Origin: an uncultured Acidobacteriota bacterium
GTDB lineage: Bacteria; Acidobacteriota; Terriglobia; UBA7540
Assembly: GCA_963804995.1 (NCBI GenBank)
Contig: CAWDSK010000003.1
Coordinates: forward strand, 1,408,001-1,472,000
Direction of reading: 5' to 3'
Length of the DNA stretch: 64,000 bases
Shown: in pieces, positions 28,139 through 38,291 of the stretch
Layout of the letters: the number at the start of each line of letters is the position of its first letter
How positions within the stretch are numbered: position 1 is the first letter of the stretch
Notes under the pieces: generated by a model
Database searches by the model: none
Seen by the model: the letters and a program-made list of their open reading frames with translations, nothing else
Told to the model about the DNA's origin: nothing
Program-made: the position numbers and the translations under genes

Positions 28139-31100
28139 CTACCCGGTTTTGCGCGGCACACCTGAAACAAACCGGTAACTTCCCGAACCAATCTCGTAGA
28201 CCTCTACCCCCGGCTCCGTTCGCAGATACTTAACTCCAATCGCGCCGCGCGCCGCTTTTCCACTTTCGGTCACCGCTTCTGAAGCACTCGCCGGAACGTA
28301 AATGGTCGCAGTGGTATTGGCGGGCACAGTTATGTTCCAGATGAACTGACCAGCGCTAATTTTCCACTCGCTCACAATCCTGCCGTACGGAGAATCGTGC
28401 GATGCCCGCACTGAAGTCAAATCACCCACCGGCGTCGGGCGCATGATGATGTGCTTGAATGCGGGATGCTCGGGGTCAGGACGAATGCCTGCCAGATTTT
28501 CGTAGAACCAGGTGATGAGGTCGCCCACGAGCATCAAGTGATTGCCTGAGTTCATAGCCGGATTCGCGGTGTCACCGTTCCATAGTTCCCAAATCGTGGT
28601 CGCCCCTTTGCTGATCATGTAACCCCAGCTCGGGTAAGTTTTCTGCGACGCGATTTCGTACGCGACGTCCGAGTGGCCACAATCTGAAAGCACTTGCATC
28701 AGCCATTGGCCGCCCACCAGTCCGGTTCCGATGTGCCCTTTGTTCTGCTCCTCGATCTTGCGCATCAGGGCTTGCGAAACGTTCTGCCGGTCCTCATTCG
28801 GGACCATTCCGAATGCCAGAGGGAGCACGCTGGAGGTCTGCGAGCCATTGCTGTACTGCCCCGTTGGGGGATGGAAATATGCCTTGTTGAACGCTACCAA
28901 TATCCTGTCGGCAAGCTGGTTGAAATCGTTTGCTTCGCCCTGCTTCCCCAGCAAGGTCGCGAAGCGCGCCATCAATCGCAGCAGGTGATAGTAATAGGCC
29001 GTGCCCAGGACTGTGCCATCCGTCTTGCGCGCGGGGTCATTCGAGTGGATCAGCTCAGGAGACTCCGGCGGAACACACCAATCGCCATATTGATCCCGCG
29101 GCATCAGGCCGTCTTTCAAGTACGTTTGCATGTGGGTGATCCACATCTTCATGCCGTCGTAATGCTTTTCTATGACGCGCAAATCACCGTACTGATCGTA
29201 GAGATGGTCGGGAATAATAATGAAACTCGAAGGCCAAGTGACGTTATCGTTGTAGAGGGGCCAATACGCCGGGGACACATCACTGATGCTGCCGTCGCCG
29301 TTCTGCGAATCCGCGAAATCGTCCACCCACTTGGCATACAGGGCGGCAACCCCAAACATGTAAGGCTCGCCGCGGCTCTCCGCTGACCGGTCGCCCAGCC
29401 AACCCTGGCGCTCGTCGCGTTGCGGGCAGTCGGTGGGCATGCTGCGATAGTTGTCTTTGGCGCCCCAAACTACGTTCCTGTAAATCTGATTGAGTAAGGC
29501 ATTGGAGGTCTTGAAATCCGCGTGCTGGTTGACATCATCGTGAACCGCTCGCCCCTCAAGTGAAGCGAGGGTAGGCTTCCCAGGAAAGCCCTGCACCTCT
29601 ACATAGCGGAAGCCGTGATACACGAATCGCGGCTCATAAACCTCCGTGCCTTTACCCTTGAGGATATAGGTGTCGGTCACCTCGGCAGAGCGAAGGTTGT
29701 TGAGATAAAGTGTGCCGTCGGGTCGCAGCCTTTCGGCGTGGCGAAGGGAGACCATGCTGCCCTGCGGTCCCGAGACAGTAAGGCGACACCAACCCACCAA
29801 GTTCTGGCCCATATCGAATATGTAAACGTGGGGGCGCGGTTCGGTCACGGCGATGGGCTTAAGAGTTTCTGTGACCCGGATGGGTTCATTCGGCTGGGCC
29901 GCCAGGGCGCCGGACGGACCTTGCACAATCTGCGCGGGCTGCCATTTATCGTCACGGAAGCTGGCGCGACTCCAGCCATCCATCTCGCGGCGTGCATCGT
30001 AAACCTCGCCGTCATACTCGTTATTCTCCCGGATGGGCCCCGCCGTCGTCAGCTTCCAGCTTTCGTCGCTCGCCACGCGCGTGATCGTTCCGTCCGCCGA
30101 TTCCATTTCGAGTTGTAGAAGCAGCTTGGGATAGCCATAGGTCCGTGTGAAGGTAGGAACCTTGTGGCGCGGGGCGAAGTACCGTCCGTTGCCCAGGATC
30201 ACTCCGAGAGCGTTGTTGCCCGGCTTCAGGAACTTCGTGACGTCATAGGTCAAATAGAAGACGCGCTTGTCGTAATCGGTCAGCCCGGGCACCAATGCGT
30301 CACGGCTGACCTTTTCTCCGTTCACGTAGGCTTCGAATAGCCCCAGGCCCGAAACATAAAGTGTGCCGCGCTTCACCTGATTCTTAACTTCGAAATCCTT
30401 GCGGAGCAGGCGCGCCGGAAGGACAGTGCGCTCCTTAGACCCCACTTCTCCCCAGGGAGCTATGCCGTAAACGCCCAGGATCTTTGCGGTCTCCCACGAC
30501 GCGTCGCCAAAATCACGCCTGTTCCAATTGGGTGCTTCGGTGGAGCTAACCCGCCACTGCTGGTCAGTCTTGACAACCAACGCTTCACGGTCCGCCCGTT
30601 CCAATTCGACCATCCCAATGAGCCCCGGGGAATCGTTGCCTGAAGTCGTGAGGGCAATGGCCAGAACATTTGCGCCTGGGTGCAGCGCCTGAGTGACATC
30701 AGAGGAGATTGGGTCGCCAACCCCCAAGCCTTTTCCCTCCTCTTGCCCATTGATATAGAGCACAGAAGCGCCAGAGCTGACAAAGTATACGAGGGCGTCC
30801 GTTACGGAACTGCCCCGCGGAATGTCAATCGTGCGACGGAAGTATTTTGTCCCGGCGCCGGCATCGGAGGAACCAATCCACTGGGCATTCCTCAACTGTT
30901 CCGGTTTCCCTTCACCGCCGTCGAGCCCGATCCATTTCCCCTTCCAGTCGGTCGCAGCGAGCAAGCCCATGGACCACCGTGCCGGCTCACTCCAAGCCGA
31001 GGCCTTTCCATCCTTATCCCACACTCGCACCTTCCACCAAACTTGCTCACCTGACGACAGGGGCTTGCCGCCATACGGTAGCTGGATGGACTGATCGGAG

Positions 31101-31381
31101 CTCATCTTTCCGGTGTCCCAAAGGTCGCCCTGATCGTGACCCAAAAGGTCTTCGCGGCTCGCCACCAGAATTTGGTAAGCGCTCTCGACCCAACCTCGCC
31201 CACTCGGAATCCTTGACTCAACCTTCCAGCTCAACCGCGGTTGTAATGAGTCGATGCCGAGGGGGTTCTGGCGATACTCACATCGCAGGTCCGTGGGCCG
31301 TATGGCGTTTTCCGCGGCAGTGGCGGAGAAAATTAGGATCAAAAAGGATAGGAAGGAAAAGGCCAGAACCAATCTATGCAT
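28139..31381 (-). CDS. Alpha-L-rhamnosidase, GH78
   Basis: LRCEY..PLGID, DMGQN-x-x-G, PTDCPQRDERQGWLGD, GDWC, GATTIWE and NSGNH motifs. Start placed at ATG 31381 (signal peptide). Confidence 0.93.
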   Translation of the reverse strand: MHRLVLAFSFLSFLILIFSATAAENAIRPTDLRCEYRQNPLGIDSLQPRLSWKVESRIPSGRGWVESAYQILVASREDLLGHDQGDLWDTGKMSSDQSIQLPYGGKPLSSGEQVWWKVRVWDKDGKASAWSEPARWSMGLLAATDWKGKWIGLDGGEGKPEQLRNAQWIGSSDAGAGTKYFRRTIDIPRGSSVTDALVYFVSSGASVLYINGQEEGKGLGVGDPISSDVTQALHPGANVLAIALTTSGNDSPGLIGMVELERADREALVVKTDQQWRVSSTEAPNWNRRDFGDASWETAKILGVYGIAPWGEVGSKERTVLPARLLRKDFEVKNQVKRGTLYVSGLGLFEAYVNGEKVSRDALVPGLTDYDKRVFYLTYDVTKFLKPGNNALGVILGNGRYFAPRHKVPTFTRTYGYPKLLLQLEMESADGTITRVASDESWKLTTAGPIRENNEYDGEVYDARREMDGWSRASFRDDKWQPAQIVQGPSGALAAQPNEPIRVTETLKPIAVTEPRPHVYIFDMGQNLVGWCRLTVSGPQGSMVSLRHAERLRPDGTLYLNNLRSAEVTDTYILKGKGTEVYEPRFVYHGFRYVEVQGFPGKPTLASLEGRAVHDDVNQHADFKTSNALLNQIYRNVVWGAKDNYRSMPTDCPQRDERQGWLGDRSAESRGEPYMFGVAALYAKWVDDFADSQNGDGSISDVSPAYWPLYNDNVTWPSSFIIIPDHLYDQYGDLRVIEKHYDGMKMWITHMQTYLKDGLMPRDQYGDWCVPPESPELIHSNDPARKTDGTVLGTAYYYHLLRLMARFATLLGKQGEANDFNQLADRILVAFNKAYFHPPTGQYSNGSQTSSVLPLAFGMVPNEDRQNVSQALMRKIEEQNKGHIGTGLVGGQWLMQVLSDCGHSDVAYEIASQKTYPSWGYMISKGATTIWELWNGDTANPAMNSGNHLMLVGDLITWFYENLAGIRPDPEHPAFKHIIMRPTPVGDLTSVRASHDSPYGRIVSEWKISAGQFIWNITVPANTTATIYVPASASEAVTESGKAARGAIGVKYLRTEPGVEVYEIGSGSYRFVSGVPRKTG

Positions 31382-31493
31382 ACCAACACTCCTTGCTAAT
31401 AAGACGCTGGGTAGCGGTAAGGTTGACGTTTGCCGGACGCGCTCGCCCCACAAACGTGGAATCACAAATTGAAATCTGAAATTGCAGGGTCAG

Positions 31494-32615
31494 TTAGGTG
31501 TCGTAGTAACCATACTTTTCGATTTCATCCCACATGGCCAGGACGTTTTCAAGTTTGGCAGCCGGATGGATCTCCGTCGTCGAACCAATCCAGAGGCGCC
31601 CCGTCGCACCGGCCTCATCGATGGTCCTCCGCACGGTCGTCCGCACATCCTCTTCGCTACCGAAGGGCAAGAGTTGCGAAACGTCGATCCCGCCCATTAG
31701 TATCCAATCTGGATATGCCTTATGGACGTTGCCCGCGTACATCCTGGAAAGTGGCTCGAGAGGGTTGATGCCATCAATCCCAACTTGGCGGAAATCCTCC
31801 AGGACCGCCCAGAGGTTTCCGTCGGAATGATAGATCACCTTGACGCCGTGCTGATGCCACGCGTCCACGAGCTTTGTCAGCCGGGGAAAAAATTCCTTCC
31901 GCAGGAAGGCCGGCGAAAACATCAATTGGTCGGTGCCCGCGATGTCCGAATAGACCAAAGCAACAGGAGAAAGGGTAGGGTCGGCAGTCTCATGAACACG
32001 CTGGATCTCCGCCCAATTCAGGGCCTCCAGCCAGTCCGATACCAGCCCGGGGTTTTCCGCATAGGCGTAGGAGAGCAGGTCCAGCCCTGCCCGGACGTGC
32101 GCCGTGTCCAGCCCCACTGGACTCTCGTTCGGGAAGACCACGGTGTTCTCGCCCACTTTTCCCTGCAATTCCAGGAATTGGTCGCGGGGTGATTTGGAGG
32201 AGGCGCCCCAAACGTTGCTCTTCCCCGCGAAGGTGAACATGTCGCCAAATTTTCGATTGTGCATTTCCTCGATGTTCCGCGGGATGTAATCGAGTAACCC
32301 CGCCGCATCGTGGAACGGCCGGTCGATCAACCAGGTGGTCCACCACTCCTGCTTGTAAACAAAACCGTCAGCGTGGCGGATAATCTTCTCTTCCGCCGGC
32401 GCTGATATGCCTTGAGTAATATCCAGCCGCTCGCCAATCGTCTTGCACACCAGGTCCAACCCGTTCTCAACAGTCACTTTTTCGCCGGTGACCAGTTCAA
32501 TGAGTGGAATGTGCTGGATCAAATCAAAGACTGGAACGCGGTCAGGGAGTTCGTGCCGCAAAGTGCATTCGATGCGCTCGCGCGCTGTCATACGATCTCG
32601 GGGTAGTTTGCGCAT
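31494..32615 (-). CDS. Uroporphyrinogen decarboxylase-like (MtaA/CmuA/URO-D fold) protein
   Basis: MT-x-RER..PDRVP, SD-x-A, HSDGN, GGID and EN-x-x-AM motifs. Confidence 0.8.
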   Translation of the reverse strand: MRKLPRDRMTARERIECTLRHELPDRVPVFDLIQHIPLIELVTGEKVTVENGLDLVCKTIGERLDITQGISAPAEEKIIRHADGFVYKQEWWTTWLIDRPFHDAAGLLDYIPRNIEEMHNRKFGDMFTFAGKSNVWGASSKSPRDQFLELQGKVGENTVVFPNESPVGLDTAHVRAGLDLLSYAYAENPGLVSDWLEALNWAEIQRVHETADPTLSPVALVYSDIAGTDQLMFSPAFLRKEFFPRLTKLVDAWHQHGVKVIYHSDGNLWAVLEDFRQVGIDGINPLEPLSRMYAGNVHKAYPDWILMGGIDVSQLLPFGSEEDVRTTVRRTIDEAGATGRLWIGSTTEIHPAAKLENVLAMWDEIEKYGYYDT

Positions 32616-32929
32616 GCTTTATCACCTCAGCAACAAGGTCGGACGGGAGTGGAGGCCGTACCGGTATCGGCCAGCGATTTCCTGAAAAGGTTTCAGCCAT
32701 TGCTTTCCCCTTCCTGGCATGAAACGCGCAGGGTGAGATTCGCGGAGGCAGGAATCCGGTCGTCGGCAAAGCCCCGTCTACGGCGGGGGTAAAGGCGAAT
32801 GAAAAAGTACTGAGACGGTTGCAGCCAGGGGCGAGTGTCCCCCCCTTGCAAGGGTTGAAGTCGAGGGTCAATCTGCAAGGGCGCGATCAATGCACCTCAT
32901 GCCTGCGGCTCACAACACTCCAGCTCGCC

Positions 32930-33934
32930 TCAAGCCATGCAGGTCCCATGCGCATCGTCGAGGCCGTCGCGGTGCACGTGCAATCTCTCCTCCATCCCCC
33001 CGCGATTGGGCGCGAGCTTGCTGCGCACTTCTTCCATTTCCGCCGGAGTCATGGGCACGAAGTTGCGCGCGATCTCGATGTTATGCTCGAGCATCGCCAG
33101 CGTGGGCATTCCCACCACCGCGGCGCTGACCGGGAGGCTCATCGAGTAACGCAACAACATATCGATATCAGCTTTGGCAGGGGCATCATTACTGACCAGG
33201 AAATCCTGCCCCACCACTTTCATGGCAATCACGCCCATGTTCTTGCGCTTGGCCACGGGCAGGGCGACCTCTTCGAAATGGCCGTTCTTCGACCCGTTCA
33301 AGGCGAACTGCGTGCAATTCAGGTCGTGGCGCTCCAGGGCCTTGGCCAGAATCCTCCCGTCTCCATGGCAGCTCATGCCGATGAAGCGAGTCATCTTCTG
33401 GTCGCGGGCTTCCAGCAACCCTTTCAACGCGCCGTCGGGAGCTTCAATCTTCGCCAAGTCCTCTTCGCTTCCCAACTCGTGGATGTGCAGCAGGTCAACG
33501 TGGTCCACCTGTAAGCGCTTCAGGCTTTCCTCAAAACGCTTCATGAACCCATCGCGGGTGCGATCGGGAATTTTATCTGCCAGCCACACTTCATTGCGGC
33601 GCGTGGCCATTACTTTTCCCACCCAGGTCTCGCTCACGCCGTTGCCATACAAATAGGCGGTGTCAAGATAAGTAATGCCCAAGTCGATAGCGTGATTGAT
33701 GGCCTCGACTCCCTTATCTTCGTCTTTGTACATCAGCAGGCGACTGCCGCAGCCGAATGCCAGGATGGAAACTTTCGCGCCCGTCTGCCCTAACACGCGG
33801 TGCGGCAACTTGGTGCGGCGCGGGGGTTCAGCTTCCGCGAGGCTGGTCAAAAGTGGAAGGCTCGCCCCTGCCGCGGTACCCACTCCGAGACGCTCAAGAA
33901 ACTTTCTTCGGGAAAGATCATTGCTCATAGCCAA
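32930..33934 (-). CDS. Aldo/keto reductase with Tat leader
   Basis: SRRKFL leader; R-x-LG-x-TG, G-x-x-Y-x-DTA-x-x-YG, SL-x-RL-x-x-D-x-x-DL and IAMK motifs. Confidence 0.9.
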   Translation of the reverse strand: MAMSNDLSRRKFLERLGVGTAAGASLPLLTSLAEAEPPRRTKLPHRVLGQTGAKVSILAFGCGSRLLMYKDEDKGVEAINHAIDLGITYLDTAYLYGNGVSETWVGKVMATRRNEVWLADKIPDRTRDGFMKRFEESLKRLQVDHVDLLHIHELGSEEDLAKIEAPDGALKGLLEARDQKMTRFIGMSCHGDGRILAKALERHDLNCTQFALNGSKNGHFEEVALPVAKRKNMGVIAMKVVGQDFLVSNDAPAKADIDMLLRYSMSLPVSAAVVGMPTLAMLEHNIEIARNFVPMTPAEMEEVRSKLAPNRGGMEERLHVHRDGLDDAHGTCMA

Positions 33935-33976
33935 CTCCTTTATGATTTCAAGTGTCAGTTCGTCATGAAAACTTTT

Positions 33977-34702
33977 TCAGTGCGTGGACGCCGGACGAAG
34001 CTGGAGGCCCCCCTGGGAGCAACCCGCATCCCCCGAAGTCAACTTGACGTCGGTGAAGTCCCCGGTTTCGTCGAACGATCCCAATCCAATCTGGCCGCAG
34101 GTAAACGTGCTGTCGTGGGTTGAGAAATAGGGCGTTCGATCGCCATCCACGTAAACCTCAATCAGGCCCGAGGTCACGTCCCTATGCAATCGTACGCTGT
34201 GCCAAGCCTTATCCGGAAGCGCCGCACGGTCCGGAATGGGAGGGATGCGTTTCCGAGGTTCACCATTAACAATAAAGATGCCGTTGTGCATGACCTTATC
34301 GGTGCCGGGATGCTCGGCCAGGTGAGCGTAATAGAAGTGCAGATCGTCGACGTAATTGAACACGATCATCATCGCTTCACTTTCGCGGCGCACCTCAGTT
34401 TCCAAATCAAAACTGCCGACCCGCGCTTTTCTCAGGAGCGCAAACTGCACCGGGCGGCGCGGCACTCCCGGCTCGCGACTTCTTTTCATGTGCAGGAAAT
34501 GCTGCGGCCCTTCAGACAGGATTTCCCAATCCTCCGGGTGCTGGAATTCCCAGGGGTCCAGTTTCCCGGAGGAGAAATCTTCGTAGAATTGGATTCTGCG
34601 TATTACCGGGGTGGCAGGAGTAAGAACGAGGGAAGCGGATACCGTCGAGGCCAGAACCAATAGTGCCAGGGATAGTAATGCCCACCAGGGTCTTACATGC
34701 AT
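33977..34702 (-). CDS. Secreted hypothetical protein, ConA/LamG-like beta-sandwich
   Basis: Signal peptide; WH-x-V-x-L, I-x-VY-x-D and G-x-IG-x-GSFD-x-TG-x-F-x-D patterns. Confidence 0.55.
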   Translation of the reverse strand: MHVRPWWALLSLALLVLASTVSASLVLTPATPVIRRIQFYEDFSSGKLDPWEFQHPEDWEILSEGPQHFLHMKRSREPGVPRRPVQFALLRKARVGSFDLETEVRRESEAMMIVFNYVDDLHFYYAHLAEHPGTDKVMHNGIFIVNGEPRKRIPPIPDRAALPDKAWHSVRLHRDVTSGLIEVYVDGDRTPYFSTHDSTFTCGQIGLGSFDETGDFTDVKLTSGDAGCSQGGLQLRPASTH

Positions 34703-34815
34703 TCCAGACCACCTTCGCGCGTCGGACGCAATGTCCGCGCACGTATTTCGCGCTTATCCTAGTTCACCGGTGCGCGCCTGTCAACAACGCAGCGCCTAAC
34801 GACGGTCATTGAGTT

Positions 34816-34863
34816 GTAGCGGCGAGTTTACCTCGCCATATGGCGAGGTAAACTCGCCGCTAC
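34816..34863. repeat. GTAG-REP doublet (head-to-head)
   Basis: GTAGCGGCGAGTTTACCTCGCCA-TA-TGGCGAGGTAAACTCGCCGCTAC; same family as 26571-26714. Confidence 0.85.
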
Positions 34864-34889
34864 AACATCAGATTGGCCCACTCCCCCCC

Positions 34890-35954
34890 TCAGGCCTGTT
34901 GCGGCAGGATTTGGACCTTCGTGGCGGTCCCAGCCGCCTGCACCTCAAAGGCTTTTTTAAACTCCGCCAGGGGAAATGCAGCGATGCGGAGTTTCTCCAA
35001 TCCCATCTGGGGCAGAAGGTGCACGGCCCGCTCATGGGTAAAGGGATTGATCAACGCGCCGACTACGGTGAGTTCGCCGGAAAAAATTTCGTAGGGCCGG
35101 ACGCTGGCCGTGGCATTCATGGGGGCAACACCGAACACCAGGATCGTCCCCCCACGGGCGGCGAGAGAAACCCCTTGCTCAAAGGTTCGAGAGCTGCCCA
35201 CGGCATCGATAACGGCGTCAAAGCCTTGCCCCTCGGTCGCGTCCGTTATGGCGGACTTCCAATCTGGATCCTGGGGGTCCAAAGCGCGATCGGCGCCAAA
35301 CGCCAAGGCATCCTGCCGGCGCAAGGCACCCGGCTCACTCACTACGATCAACCCTGCGCCCGCGAGCCGCGCCAATCGCATCAGCATCAGCCCAATCATT
35401 CCGGCGCCCAACACCACGACCGTAGACCCCGACACCAATCCCAGCTTGTCCATGCCGTGAATGCAACACGCCAGCGGCTCCGTGAGGCAGCCCACGCGAG
35501 GCTCAAGCGTGGTGGGCAGATGATAAACAACCTTCGCGGTTACGATTTGGCCCTCGGCAAACCCGCCGTTCATGTGGACGCCAAAACCCCGCAACTGAGG
35601 GCAGAGATGCTCGCGGCCCGTACGGCAAAAACGGCAGACGGTGCAAAAGGTATTGGGTTGGACCGTAACGAAATCACCCTCGCGAAAACCCTGCACGTCC
35701 GCTCCCACGGCGTCGACGAACCCGGCAACCTCGTGGCCTAGCACCACCGGTGGCGCTGCCGGAAACTCTCCGTGCAGAATGTGCGCGTCGGTCCCACAGA
35801 CCCCGACCGCCACAGGTCGAATCCGCACCTCGCCCGGTCCCGGATTGGGTGCGGGCAGCTCTTCCAAGCGCAAATCTTCGCGACCGTGGAAGCGGAGCCC
35901 TCTCATTTTGGAGCCGAGGGGTCTAAGCCTTGAAGCATCAGCACAAGTAGTCAT
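34890..35954 (-). CDS. Zn-dependent alcohol/polyol dehydrogenase
   Basis: CGTD, GHE, CxxCxxC..C structural Zn site, EPL-x-C and GAGMIG motifs; downstream of the polyol ABC genes. Confidence 0.9.
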   Translation of the reverse strand: MTTCADASRLRPLGSKMRGLRFHGREDLRLEELPAPNPGPGEVRIRPVAVGVCGTDAHILHGEFPAAPPVVLGHEVAGFVDAVGADVQGFREGDFVTVQPNTFCTVCRFCRTGREHLCPQLRGFGVHMNGGFAEGQIVTAKVVYHLPTTLEPRVGCLTEPLACCIHGMDKLGLVSGSTVVVLGAGMIGLMLMRLARLAGAGLIVVSEPGALRRQDALAFGADRALDPQDPDWKSAITDATEGQGFDAVIDAVGSSRTFEQGVSLAARGGTILVFGVAPMNATASVRPYEIFSGELTVVGALINPFTHERAVHLLPQMGLEKLRIAAFPLAEFKKAFEVQAAGTATKVQILPQQA

Positions 35955-36096
35955 AGGTAATCCTTTTCTACAGGAAATGAATACAAATAGTAACCTGGTC
36001 CGTCACCATCCCAGGCTGTTCAAATTAGCAGGAAAGCGTCACACTTCATTCGGCTCCGCCGTCCCGCTGTTATGAAAATAGCCTGTGCTGAAGGCA

Positions 36097-36203
36097 CTTT
36101 GGAGTGCGGTCGCAGCAGCTACCGCCCTTTTCCTCCATCCTTTGCGCACTCGCGGCATGAACTACAGGCGGAAGGCGGTAGCTGCTGCGACCGCACTCCA
36201 AAG
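36097..36203. repeat. REPIN-like 30-bp perfect inverted repeat
   Basis: CTTTGGAGTGCGGTCGCAGCAGCTACCGCC (36097-36126) / GGCGGTAGCTGCTGCGACCGCACTCCAAAG (36174-36203). Confidence 0.8.
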
Positions 36204-36253
36204 CGCTGCGCGCATTTTCATCATAAGGGGTGGCGCCGGAGGCGGCGGGGTGG

Positions 36254-37354
36254 TTACGCGAGCGCCCGCGCACCGCGCCGGGTCAAAGCCTTCCCCGCTC
36301 TGTCGAAGAGGTGTGCGGCCTGACAGCGGATTCGAAACGCCACGCGGTCACCGATGCGAATCGAAGTGTCACCGTCAGTCTGCACTATAAGCCTCTTTCC
36401 ATCCGGCAGCCCGGCGTGGAGATAAGCGCGTGGCCCGAGATGCTCCAGCGCGTCGATTTCGCCTTCGAGTTCACCTCCCGCTTCCACTGCCACGTGCTCA
36501 GGCCGAACCCCCAGCTTGATTCCCTCCCCTGGCTTCAACGCCTCGACGGGCGCCGGTACGGTCACACTCGCACCGTTTGAGAGGACCAGGCAAAGTTCGC
36601 GATCGCTCGCCGTTTTGACCACGGCGTCCAGAAGATTCATCTTGGGGGCGCCGATGAATCCGGCCACGAAGAGAGTCTCCGGATTCTGGTACAGCTCGAG
36701 TGGCGATCCCAATTGCTCAACTCTCCCTTCGTTGAGCACCACAATCCGGTCGGCCATGGTCATCGCTTCCAACTGGTCGTGCGTGACGTAGACCATCGTC
36801 GTCTTGAGTTCGCGGTGCAGGCGCACCAATTCCAGCCGCATCTGGGCTTGCAGCGCCGCATCAAGATTCGATAACGGCTCGTCGAGCAGGAAGGCTTTGG
36901 GCTGCCGCACCATGGCACGCCCAATCGCTACGCGCTGCAACTGCCCTCCGGAGAGCTGGCGCGGCTTGCGCTCGAGCAGCGGTTCCATCTCCAGGATGCG
37001 CGCGACGGCGCGAACCTTCTGCTCCCGTTCTTCCTTCGCAATGCCCGCCAGGCGCAAGCTGAAGCTCATGTTCTCCGCCACGGTCATGTGCGGGTACAGC
37101 GCGTAACTCTGAAACACCATGGCCAGGCCGCGCTGCGAAGGCGGCACATCCTGGGCGGCAGCGCCGTCAATCAGGACTGCGCCATCGCTGACCTCTTCCA
37201 ACCCGGCGATCATCCGCAGCAGAGTTGATTTGCCGCTCCCGGAAGGCCCCACGAAGGCGATGAATTCCCGGTCCTTGATCAGCAGATCAATGCCATGGAT
37301 TACCTCGTGAGCGCCAAATCTCTTCCGCACATTTTTCAACTCGATGGTCGCCAT
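36254..37354 (-). CDS. smoK: Polyol/sugar ABC transporter ATP-binding subunit (SmoK/MtlK/UgpC-like)
   Basis: Walker [22 protein letters not shown], and a TOBE domain. Confidence 0.85.
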   Translation of the reverse strand: MATIELKNVRKRFGAHEVIHGIDLLIKDREFIAFVGPSGSGKSTLLRMIAGLEEVSDGAVLIDGAAAQDVPPSQRGLAMVFQSYALYPHMTVAENMSFSLRLAGIAKEEREQKVRAVARILEMEPLLERKPRQLSGGQLQRVAIGRAMVRQPKAFLLDEPLSNLDAALQAQMRLELVRLHRELKTTMVYVTHDQLEAMTMADRIVVLNEGRVEQLGSPLELYQNPETLFVAGFIGAPKMNLLDAVVKTASDRELCLVLSNGASVTVPAPVEALKPGEGIKLGVRPEHVAVEAGGELEGEIDALEHLGPRAYLHAGLPDGKRLIVQTDGDTSIRIGDRVAFRIRCQAAHLFDRAGKALTRRGARALA

Positions 37355-37390
37355 TGCTCGGAAACTCCGGTAGTCGGTCAATTGGATACT

Positions 37391-37465
37391 GTAGCGGCGA
37401 GTTTACCCCGTCATATTGTAGCGGCGATTTTACATCGCCATATGGCGAGGTAAACTCGCCGCTAC
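37391..37465. repeat. GTAG-REP triplet between smoG and smoK
   Basis: Two direct GTAGCGGCGA(G/T)TTTAC..CG(T/C)CA copies plus one inverted copy. Confidence 0.8.
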
Positions 37466-37469
37466 GAAA

Positions 37470-38291
37470 TCACTTCACCGCACCAAACGAGAGGCCGCGT
37501 ACCAACTGCCGCTGGCTGAGCCATCCGAATATCAGGATGGGCGTGATCGATAACGTTGACGCCGCTGACAGCTTCGCCCAGAACAGGCCTTCGGGACTGG
37601 CGAAGGACGCCGTGAAGTTGGCCAGTGTGGCGGCCTTCACGGTGGTCAGGTTCAGACTCCAAAACGCCTCGTTCCAGCTAAGGATGATGGATAGCAGCGC
37701 CGTGGCGGCGATGCCGGGCGTGCACAAGGGCAACAGGACATGCACCAGTTCATCCCACGGCGACGCTCCGTCCATGCGGCTGGCCTCCAGGATCACCGCG
37801 GGCACTTCCCGGAAGAAGGTAAAGAGCATCCACACCACAATCGGCAGGACGCTGGCGCTATCAATCAGAATGAGCCCGGAGACCGTGTCCAGCAGGTGGA
37901 GATCGCGCCACAACAGGTAAATCGGAACCAGGACGCCCACCGCAGGCAACATTTTGGTCGAGAGCATCCAAAGCAGCATGTCCCGCGTGCGCCGCGTGGG
38001 GAAAAAGGCCATGCTGTAAGCCGCAGGGATGGCCAGCGCCAGGGCCAGCAGAGTCGACCCCAGAGAAACCAGGATGCTGTTTCTTGCGAACGCCACGTAG
38101 TCAGCCCGCTGCAGGACCGCGGCGTAATTCTCGAGGGTCGGCCGGAAGAGCAGCACGGGAGGTGTCGCAACCGCAGTGATCTCCGTCTTAAAGCTGGTCA
38201 GGAACATCCACAAGATCGGGAAAAACATTCCCAACCCGACGGCCCAACCGGCTATCGTCAAACCCCATCGCTGCTGCCAAGTGCTTCTCAA
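37470..38291 (-). CDS. smoG: Polyol ABC transporter permease (SmoG/MtlG-like)
   Basis: WMLSTKMLPAVG, EAA-like loop, WNEAFW, SPEGLFWAKLSAAS, QLVRGLSFGAVK. TTG start overlaps the smoF stop. Confidence 0.85.
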   Translation of the reverse strand: MRSTWQQRWGLTIAGWAVGLGMFFPILWMFLTSFKTEITAVATPPVLLFRPTLENYAAVLQRADYVAFARNSILVSLGSTLLALALAIPAAYSMAFFPTRRTRDMLLWMLSTKMLPAVGVLVPIYLLWRDLHLLDTVSGLILIDSASVLPIVVWMLFTFFREVPAVILEASRMDGASPWDELVHVLLPLCTPGIAATALLSIILSWNEAFWSLNLTTVKAATLANFTASFASPEGLFWAKLSAASTLSITPILIFGWLSQRQLVRGLSFGAVK

